NCBI GenBank assembly: GCA_965219345.1 | Contig: OZ244732.1 | Location: 1,760,001 to 1,824,000 of the forward strand | Direction of reading: 5' to 3' | Source: Nitrosopumilus sp. | GTDB taxonomy: Archaea > Thermoproteota > Nitrososphaeria > Nitrososphaerales > Nitrosopumilaceae | DNA length: 64,000 nucleotides | Shown: positions 1 to 7,725 of the stretch, one piece after another | Position numbering within the stretch: position 1 is the first letter of the stretch | Layout of the letters: every line of letters begins with the position of its first letter | Translations under genes and position numbers: made by a program | The notes under the pieces: generated by a model | The model's input: the letters and a program-made list of their open reading frames with translations, nothing else | Databases searched by the model: none | Told to the model about the DNA's origin: nothing

Positions 1-29
1 TAATTAACCCCATTTAACAATTAGACATA

Positions 30-194
30 ATGGGTACAAAATATGCTCTGATTGACATGTTTTCTGGTGCCGGATGTGCATCTTTAGGATTTCAAAAGGC
101 AGGATTTGAAATTGCCGCTACCTTAGAAATCAATCCAAAACGCTGTAATGTATATGAAAAAAATTGTCAAAGAATCAATAAGATGTATTTTTGA
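30..194 (+). pseudogene. 5' fragment of a C5 cytosine DNA methyltransferase
   Basis: Hand translation from ATG 30: MGTKYALIDMFSGAGCASLGFQKAGFEIAATLEINPKRCNVYEKN..., i.e. motif I (IDxFSGxG) and motif II. It stops at 194, long before the PCQ motif. Confidence 0.8.
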
Positions 195-541
195 ATCACA
201 ACAAAAAAATGGTTTATGGGCAAAATCAAACCCGATCTTTGTTAGTCCAAAAAGGGGAAATGTGTATTCACTTGCATTTGAAATGCTTGATGTGCTTTTT
301 TTACCACCAAAATATGCCAAAACATTCACTGGGTATCTTGATAATCTTCAATCTATCATTGATTGGATATCAGACAAAACTATAAACTACAAAAAAGAGA
401 AGAATGACATTTGTGGCTGGAGATCAAATCATATTGCCAATCCAAAAGGATCCCCTATTTCATGGAGTACTGCGATCGTTTTCAACACGATGTTTAAGAT
501 ACAAAGCTTTGTAGCACTATTGCTTAACGAAGCAATTGTTA
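148..541 (+). pseudogene. Upstream part of a split AAA+ ATPase gene (alpha-toroid/prenyltransferase-like segment)
   Basis: QQKNGLW and GWRS..SWSTA motifs. The frame reads LLNEAIV up to the AGCAATTGTTA repeat and resumes in frame after the second copy at 10741. Confidence 0.65.
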
Positions 542-608
542 GTACGCTGGTACCTTGGCGGGTGTTTTGCATGAAATCTCAATTAGTGTTACTTTAGTCG
601 GGTGCCAG

Positions 609-809
609 CTAAATCATGTTTAATTCCTTGAGAATTTCTTCAAGTTTCGACCAGATTTCTTTAGGGCATTCTTTTTCATATTTTCCACTATGCCAAGATT
701 TACGTGTTGTAGTTCCATGAAATCGTTTAATCTCTGCAATCCAACAATCCTGAATCATAGGTTTTTTGTATCGTTTTTCATAAATTTTTCTAGCTTCATC
801 ATAAGTCAC
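609..809 (-). CDS. Small basic protein resembling the stand-alone C-terminal domain of some RlmD/TrmA RNA methyltransferases
   Basis: TY..A...Y...Y.....CWIAEIKR..G...R......CP......E..L....MI pattern. Confidence 0.55.
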   Translation of the reverse strand: MTYDEARKIYEKRYKKPMIQDCWIAEIKRFHGTTTRKSWHSGKYEKECPKEIWSKLEEILKELNMI

Positions 810-842
810 AAATACTTCTAAAAATCAACTAAATAAAAGAAT

Positions 843-1003
843 TTAGGAAATTATCTTGAACCAACAACGATCCTTGCCATTAGACAACCACGCAAATTTG
901 TACAGTCTTAGAATGTTATTTATCTTACGCCATACTTTTTTATCAGTCCATATCTCGGGCATAATCTTGATGAATCTCCTTCATTAACTATAGTTACTCC
1001 CAT
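843..1003 (-). pseudogene. Second copy of the C-terminal tail of the IS6-type transposase
   Basis: VTIVNEGDS/IKIMPEIWTDKKVWRKINNILRLYKFAWLSNGKDRCWFKIIS* (one frameshift) aligns with VTIINESDSIKITPKTWIDKQIWREINDILRLHEFSWLSNGKDSCWLKMNS* at 3430-3590. Confidence 0.75.
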
Positions 1004-1038
1004 ACGAAACCATCTCTTATCAGGTTTTATTCTTCCCC

Positions 1039-2337
1039 CTACATTTCTGAGATTTTAGTAACTTTCCAGTCTGCTCGTCTTTCCCAATTTGAAGGCAATT
1101 TTGCTACCATGAACTGAATTTTGGTTTTCTTAAGGAATTTCCTTGCATCAGGTTCTATGTTTTTGGTTGTTGTGACAAACCAAAAATTAAATGATGTCAC
1201 CCCTGTTTTTGATTCATTTTTTTTAATTTCTGTTGATTTTGTCAGAAAATAATCCAATTCATCTTTAGTAATCTTTGTGTTATTGCGTTTAAGCTTGCAT
1301 TCACAGATCACAACTTCTCTATTTTTTCTTGAACCCCTTTCTCCAAAAATGTCAATCTCTTTTTCTAAGTAATTTGGAACAAGTCTCGTAGTTGTGTTAT
1401 AATGTTCATAACTGCGTAAATATTCTGAAATGGCATCTTCAAAAATTCGTGCCAGCACATTTTCATATGAATATAGCCCTTTTCCAAAGGATGATTCCTG
1501 GGAAACTTCTTTAGATGTTTCTGGTTTTTTTATACTTGTTTGTTTTTGGATATCCCAGATTCTTTTATCAAATCCTTCTATGTATCCAATAAACTCCTTC
1601 TTCCAAGATAAATTTTTTACATCTTTTAGTAGCTCTTTACTTCCTTTTAGGAATCTACGTTCACTAAATTTTTTTTGCAACATCTTCCAATTTTTTCTCT
1701 CTTTTCTGCTATTCCGTGATTCAATGAACGGTTCCATAAATCTGCCAGTCAATTTTCCGCTTTTTGTAACACTTAACTCTATGGCATCAAAAAAATCATC
1801 AACTACTTCAAAAATTTCTGTTTTATAACTAAAATTTGTTCCAAAATTAATTACGGTGATGTGACTATGTACTCCTGATTGTATTTCATTTTTAAATTCT
1901 TGGGCTGTTTTATAAAATAATTTGTATTTTTTCTCTTCAAAATCAAAGAGTTTATGACTCACTTGTATATGTTCGTTAATCCTTAGATATCCATCAGGAA
2001 ACACAAGTGGTAAATATGGTTTAGCATTGTAGTTAAGATAAACTCGGTAGATTTTCCCGTTGGTTTTTTTAACATAACCTAGATCGGTTAGATTATTTAA
2101 TGCCGTTATCTCTTTATCAGGTATTTTGGTTTTGTTACGATACTTTCCATCTTTTTTTATCTGTTCAGCAACTTTTGGATCTTTTAACTGAGTATCCGAA
2201 AGCATCTCCCTTGGAATCTCATCGTGTACTATTTCTACCTGAATTGTTTTTCTTTTCATTAGTCTGCGCCATACATCTGAAATTGTTTTCTTCTGCTCTT
2301 TTGAGAGTTTCATATCAAGGTGTTTTTTTCCAGCCAC
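1039..2337 (-). CDS. Protein with C-terminal PD-(D/E)XK restriction-endonuclease-like (Mrr-like) domain
   Basis: FE..I..YL...EIDIFG...VICECK...ELDYF...FWFVTT motif set; N-terminal ~280 aa not recognised. Confidence 0.7.
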   Translation of the reverse strand: MAGKKHLDMKLSKEQKKTISDVWRRLMKRKTIQVEIVHDEIPREMLSDTQLKDPKVAEQIKKDGKYRNKTKIPDKEITALNNLTDLGYVKKTNGKIYRVYLNYNAKPYLPLVFPDGYLRINEHIQVSHKLFDFEEKKYKLFYKTAQEFKNEIQSGVHSHITVINFGTNFSYKTEIFEVVDDFFDAIELSVTKSGKLTGRFMEPFIESRNSRKERKNWKMLQKKFSERRFLKGSKELLKDVKNLSWKKEFIGYIEGFDKRIWDIQKQTSIKKPETSKEVSQESSFGKGLYSYENVLARIFEDAISEYLRSYEHYNTTTRLVPNYLEKEIDIFGERGSRKNREVVICECKLKRNNTKITKDELDYFLTKSTEIKKNESKTGVTSFNFWFVTTTKNIEPDARKFLKKTKIQFMVAKLPSNWERRADWKVTKISEM

Positions 2338-3136
2338 TTAACTTTTCAGGAAAATCATTTGAGATTTCTTGAGCAAGGTGCATGACATTAAGGAATACAC
2401 AAGCAGTAGAATAAGAATTATTTTTGCCAATCCAAACATGGATCCGATAAAATTTGACAGTAGAAAAAACCAGCTCAGATTTGACAGACGTTATACGAAA
2501 CCTTTTCCATCCTGTAATGTGTCATTATTGCTGGGACTGAGAGTCGAAGTATTATTGCCATGTACAAGTACCTTGTAGACTGACTCAAAAGACCAATTGC
2601 GTAATTATTAACAAAAACACATAATTTTCAATTGCACTGATCTCCCATCTCATGGAATCACAATAGAATGTGGTAAATTTTGGTGATAAACACTCAGACA
2701 CAGTTTTAGGATCTTTTCTGAGTTAAGATTTTGTAACTTTGCAAGTATTTTGTATGCAAATAAAATCAAAAAATAGAGGATTCAGTCAAGATTACACCAA
2801 AAGGTTGAATTGACAAGCAGATTTGGAGAGAAATAAATGATATTTTAAAACTTTACAAATTTAGCTGATTATCAAATGGAAAAGATAGTTGCTGGCTTAA
2901 ACTAGTTATTTAAGTAACAATTAAACCAGAACCATTTGAATCATTAATACTTTTTCCTTCGTATTTGTTTACTTGGATTATTGATTTGATTTTACCGTCA
3001 CCTTTTCTTAGGTTAGGATGAATGACACGACTTGTATCTACTATTTGTTTAGAGCCGTCAGTATTTTCCATAATCTGGTTAATTACTAGTTACATATAAT
3101 TCTAAAAATCTCAATACACTGTTCAATCACCCTAAA

Positions 3137-3235
3137 TAGACCTTATGCATAATTGATTAATTTTCAGCTAAAAAATTTGGATCACCCTAAAAATCACGCA
3201 TTTCTAATTTAAAATTAGATTACGCATAAGGTCTA
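3137..3235. repeat. 99-bp MITE-like unit with 17-bp terminal inverted repeats
   Basis: TAGACCTTATGCATAAT (3137-3153) vs ATTACGCATAAGGTCTA (3219-3235), 16/17 complementary; no coding capacity. Confidence 0.55.
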
Positions 3236-3429
3236 ATGAACACCTTGTTGAAAATTGGGAAAACCACATGCTAGAGTATGTAATTAAGGTGTTGAGAAAT
3301 TATGGAAGTGGTTCGTGCCCTCTTTTATATCCTGAGAATTTATGATACTCATAATCCGTTAAAGGGGTTTAACGTCCACATTTACAAAATGTTTTCATGT
3401 TTTCAATTAATAACACATGTACAAAAAGA

Positions 3430-4449
3430 TTAAGAGTTCATCTTAAGCCAACAACTATCCTTTCCATTGGATAACCAGCTAAACTCATGTAGTCTTAGAA
3501 TGTCATTAATTTCTCTCCAAATTTGCTTGTCAATCCATGTTTTAGGAGTTATTTTGATAGAATCACTTTCATTGATTATGGTTACTTTGCCGATTCTCTT
3601 TCCCAAGTTGTTTGCAAAGTTTGACTTTGTTCCAGTTGCTTTATCAAATCTATATACTTGTCATCGCCTAGTTCCAAATCAATTCCAGCCACTTCAGCTG
3701 AGGTTTTGCCATCCAATCCATGATGTGGTTTGACAAAGTTATGGTTTATCTTCAACAACTCTGAGAATGTCTGAGCTAATTCATCATTACCCAATTCACG
3801 TCTGGTCTTTAGTCTTTCCCTTATCTCATTATGGTATCTCTTTATGGGCCTGTTGACAAACCCATCCTTTATCGACTTGGTTTTAACATGTGCAACCCTG
3901 CTTTCAAATTCCTTTCTGATTGCCTCTTAATAGGAGTTTAAGGAATCAGTCAAGACGTAATTGGGATTTTTTAATATTCGTTTTTTGCCACTTGATATTA
4001 TTTTTCTTGCATCTGCAATCTCTCTTTTCTTTGAGACTTCTATTGCTATGAGAAATCGGGTCTTTGGATCAATGATGTTCTACAGCCATACATGAAATCC
4101 TTTTGCCATCTTTTCTGTATCCTTGACGTTTAGAACCATTTCATCAATAGGCCTTGGTAAATGTAGTAGAACTGTACTTTGGGCAAAAGTATGTCAGATT
4201 GTCAAATCTCTCTATGTTTTTCTTGGCAAATTCTTCTTCTCTATACCTCACACATGTTTTGATATGATAGCAGTATCTTTTTTTCCCATTGCTTCTGGCA
4301 ATGTGATGGTGAAAATATTTGCAGCCACAATACCAGATGTTACTTTGTGGCACTCTCTGAACCATATGATGTCTTGTAGGATCAGACTTTGAATCTACTC
4401 CGAATCTGTGTTTTGTTATCTTTGTTACCATGTCTGCATATTCCATCAC
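3430..4449 (-). pseudogene. IS6-family (DDE) transposase with N-terminal SWIM-like Zn finger, disrupted
   Basis: WYCGCKY..CYH SWIM motif; IDEMVLNV, IDPKTRFLIA, LTDSLNSY, NRPIKRYHN, NHNFVKPHHGLDGKT. Frame break near 4144, in-frame TAA at 3927-3929, frameshift near 3630. Confidence 0.85.
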
Positions 4450-4568
4450 GGTCTCGCTTACAACGCTTTATTTTCTATTCATTATACTTTATTGGCAGTA
4501 TAACTATAACATGAAGTTAGTTTCTCTAAAAAGTATAACTTTATTGTATGTGTTGGATATGTCTAGAT

Positions 4569-4790
4569 ATGGGATCCCGCAATTTGAAAAATACCAAGGA
4601 CAGGGATTATCTATATTATGTAATCGCAGAAAATGGAAAAAAAGGCACACACTATTGTGGTTTGGCATCCAAGCCAGAATCAGAAAAAAAGGCATTGGAA
4701 CTAGAACTGTTGGAGCTCAGGGAACAAGGTAGACAAATAACAAAAAAAATGGAGGTCATAAAGAGCAAGATATCCAAAATCAAATCTTAA
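4569..4790 (+). CDS. Small basic protein divergent from the transposase (beta-hairpin plus coiled coil; putative element-encoded DNA-binding/accessory protein)
   Basis: K..KDRDYLYY....GKK..HYCG motif followed by a heptad helix. Confidence 0.55.
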   Translation: MGSRNLKNTKDRDYLYYVIAENGKKGTHYCGLASKPESEKKALELELLELREQGRQITKKMEVIKSKISKIKS

Positions 4791-4819
4791 TACCGTAATT
4801 TGATCCGTCAGACATGATC

Positions 4820-5086
4820 TTATTTGGATTTTAGCATGCAGCCAATTTTTTTTCCACTGCGGGTGAGTGCATATAATCTACCTTTTCTTGATTTTGGATT
4901 TATGCATGTGACTAGATCTCGTTTTGCTAGTTCTGATAAAGTGTGACTTACATGACTTGAATAGTATTTTGTCTGTTCTGCTATTTCTTTAGGGCACAAA
5001 TACTCATCTTTTAGCGCAAGGATCACATTTTTCCTATATCTGCTGGCTTTGACAAAACCTAGGATCTCTGGTATGGTCTTTTCCAT
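4820..5086 (-). CDS. Winged helix-turn-helix regulator (ArsR/MarR-like)
   Basis: PKEIAEQT..YSSHVSHTLSEL...LV.C......KGRLYALT..G. Confidence 0.85.
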   Translation of the reverse strand: MEKTIPEILGFVKASRYRKNVILALKDEYLCPKEIAEQTKYYSSHVSHTLSELAKRDLVTCINPKSRKGRLYALTRSGKKIGCMLKSK

Positions 5087-5226
5087 GTATCTATCTTGTA
5101 GTTATCTCATGACTGCCTTTTTCGATTATTACAGGTTAGCTACAAAATATATACAATTTACATACAAGATTTTTAATTGATCATAATATCTTCAAAATTC
5201 ATCGCAGTATTTTCTCAAGTGGGGGG

Positions 5227-7725
5227 TTGCTTTTGAAAAAGAAGGCAAAATCAGAATCAGTCGATCAGTATACTCACAGTAATGAAAAAAGGCCGAATAA
5301 TCCTCCAGTTGGTCTTGTAACGCCTGGAACTGATCCTGATCAACCAAGCAAAAAATATTCATATGATCCAAGATTGGATCCACAGCTACAGTGGTCTGGA
5401 AAACAAGAAAATTCAGAGTTTGAAGTAGATACCGTATCTTTACACGTACATGAAAGAATAGATCCTCTTACAATTCTTGAAAAAGCAATGAAACCAAAAC
5501 AGTCAACACAGCAAACCATGTTTAATTATTTTGAAACTCCAGGAAATAATCCTCCATTGCGTGAAGCAATTGATTTTTACAAACATGATCAAAATTGGTC
5601 GAATCGATTGATTGCAGGAGATTCCTTACTGGTAATGAATTCGCTTTTAGAAAAAGAAGGAATGGAAGGAAAAGTACAGATGATCTATATGGATCCCCCC
5701 TATGGCATCAAGTACGGTTCGAATTTTCAACCATTTGTAAACAAGCGAGATGTCAAAGATGGCAAAGATGAAGATCTTACGCAAGAGCCAGAAATGATTA
5801 AGGCATTTAGAGACACTTGGCAGCTTGGAATTCATTCATATTTATCATATTTACGTAATCGTTTATTTTTATCACATAGATTGCTTACTGATTCAGGAAG
5901 TATTTTTATACAAATTTCAAACAAGAATATGCATCTAATAAGAATTATTTTAGATGAAATATTTAACCCACAAAATTTTTGTGGGATAATTTATTATAAA
6001 ACTAAAGCAAGTCCACAACAAGTTCAAACTATTCCTCAAATGGGAGATTTTATTTTATGGTATGCAAAAAATAAACAAAATATCAAAGTTAAAAATCTCT
6101 ACATACCAAAACAAATGGATGAAGAAATAAAAAAAGAATTTGGATTGATTGAGCTTGAAAATGGAGAAATAAAGCACGCCAAAGAATTAAATTGGAAAAT
6201 TCCAAACAATTCTAAAATTTTCCGAACTCAATCGATTTTAACAGCTAGACAATCAGAAGATAGAAATTTTAGTTTCGAAATTGCTGGCAGAGTAATAAAG
6301 CCTCCTATAAATTATTCTTGGGCAATTGATAAAAAAGGCATGAATAATCTTTTAATGCAAAACAGACTTTTAGATAGAGATGCAACATTTAGGCTTTATA
6401 AACAATATTTTGATGATTTTCCATATGTTTTAAGATCAAATTTATGGTTAGATGCAATGGGTGCAATTGATAAAATATATGCAGTCCAAACGTCTGATAA
6501 AATTATTCAAAATTGTGTGTTGATGACTACTGATCCTGGAGACTTAATTTTGGATCCTACATGTGGTTCAGGCACAACAGCATTTGTTGCTGAACAAACT
6601 GGAAGACGATGGCTTACTTGTGATTCATCACGTGTTTCTATCACAATTACTAAAAAAAGATTAATGACTTCGATATACCCGTATTACAAATTAAAATCTA
6701 CATCTCTAAAGGATGGATTTATTTACAAAGAAATTTTACGCAAATCATTAAAAACTATCGCATCAAAAGAATCACCTGAAATCATTATTTTGTATGATGA
6801 ACCTAAAGCTGATCTTTCTAAAAAAAGAATTTCTGGGCCATTTACCGTAGAAGCAGTACCTTCCCCAATTGCTAAATCACTTGATGTTTTATCAGAAGAT
6901 GACTCAAAATCAAATTCTAGCATCTCTACAAATAATAAAAATTCACAGCAAGAACAATGGCGAGATGAATTACTAAAGACAGGAATCAGAGCCAAAGCTG
7001 GTCAGAAGATAGAATTTAGCAGAGTTGAAACGCATCCAGCAACTAAATGGCTTCATGCAGATGCAGAAACAAAGGAAGACAAACCAAAACGAGTAATGAT
7101 ATCTTTTGGTCCTGAACATGCACCACTAGAACAACGTCAAGTCGCACTGGCAATAGAGGAAGCTCAAACTCTAGTTCCAAAGCCAAAGATGATAATCTTT
7201 GCTGCAATGCAGTTTGATCCCGAAGCTGCAAAAGACATTGATGAGCTAAGCTGGCCTGATGTTACCATGCTAAAAGTAGAGATGAACAAGGATCTACTCA
7301 CAGCGGATCTGAAAAAGAAACGCGTAAGCAATGAATCATTTTGGCTTATGGGACAGCCAGATGTGGAACTGCGAAAAACCAAAGATGTAAAATACATCAT
7401 AACAGTAAATGGCTTTGATTATTACAATACGAGAACTGGCGAGGTTGAATCCGGTAGTTCATCTAAAATTGCAATGTGGATGCTAGACACTGATTATGAT
7501 GGAAGAAGTGTCTATCCACAACAGGTATTTTTTCCAATGGAAGAAAAGACTGGAGGATGGAGCAAGCTTGCCAAAACCTTACAGGCTCAAATTGATGAGG
7601 AGTTAATTACAAAATATCAGGGAACTGAATCCATACCATTTGAAGCAGGATCAAACAAGAGGGCAGCTGTAAAGATTATTGACGACAGAGGAATCGAATC
7701 ACTAAAGATCATCAGGCTGGAATAA
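5227..7725 (+). CDS. mod: Type III restriction-modification methyltransferase (Mod, beta class)
   Basis: QMIYMDPPYG catalytic motif before LILDPTCGSGTT SAM motif; stop overlaps the res start (TAATG). Confidence 0.92.
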   Translation: MLLKKKAKSESVDQYTHSNEKRPNNPPVGLVTPGTDPDQPSKKYSYDPRLDPQLQWSGKQENSEFEVDTVSLHVHERIDPLTILEKAMKPKQSTQQTMFNYFETPGNNPPLREAIDFYKHDQNWSNRLIAGDSLLVMNSLLEKEGMEGKVQMIYMDPPYGIKYGSNFQPFVNKRDVKDGKDEDLTQEPEMIKAFRDTWQLGIHSYLSYLRNRLFLSHRLLTDSGSIFIQISNKNMHLIRIILDEIFNPQNFCGIIYYKTKASPQQVQTIPQMGDFILWYAKNKQNIKVKNLYIPKQMDEEIKKEFGLIELENGEIKHAKELNWKIPNNSKIFRTQSILTARQSEDRNFSFEIAGRVIKPPINYSWAIDKKGMNNLLMQNRLLDRDATFRLYKQYFDDFPYVLRSNLWLDAMGAIDKIYAVQTSDKIIQNCVLMTTDPGDLILDPTCGSGTTAFVAEQTGRRWLTCDSSRVSITITKKRLMTSIYPYYKLKSTSLKDGFIYKEILRKSLKTIASKESPEIIILYDEPKADLSKKRISGPFTVEAVPSPIAKSLDVLSEDDSKSNSSISTNNKNSQQEQWRDELLKTGIRAKAGQKIEFSRVETHPATKWLHADAETKEDKPKRVMISFGPEHAPLEQRQVALAIEEAQTLVPKPKMIIFAAMQFDPEAAKDIDELSWPDVTMLKVEMNKDLLTADLKKKRVSNESFWLMGQPDVELRKTKDVKYIITVNGFDYYNTRTGEVESGSSSKIAMWMLDTDYDGRSVYPQQVFFPMEEKTGGWSKLAKTLQAQIDEELITKYQGTESIPFEAGSNKRAAVKIIDDRGIESLKIIRLE

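Noticed and set aside
13-22. Further AATTGTTAA-like matches to the element boundary repeat (also ~14513, ~16195)
   Set aside because: Short AT-rich words expected by chance; they lack the AGC prefix and any junction evidence.
523-610. Integron attC/attI-like reading of the TTAAC...GTTAG site and adjacent hairpin
   Set aside because: No integron integrase and no repeated cassette structure; better explained as an element end.
2945-3075. 42-codon minus-strand ORF (MENTDGSKQIV...) and other short ORFs in 2340-3100
   Set aside because: No recognisable motif; cannot be distinguished from decayed sequence.
5221-5226. G6 run before mod as a phase-variation tract
   Set aside because: Too short and outside the coding frame; no simple-sequence repeat seen within mod.
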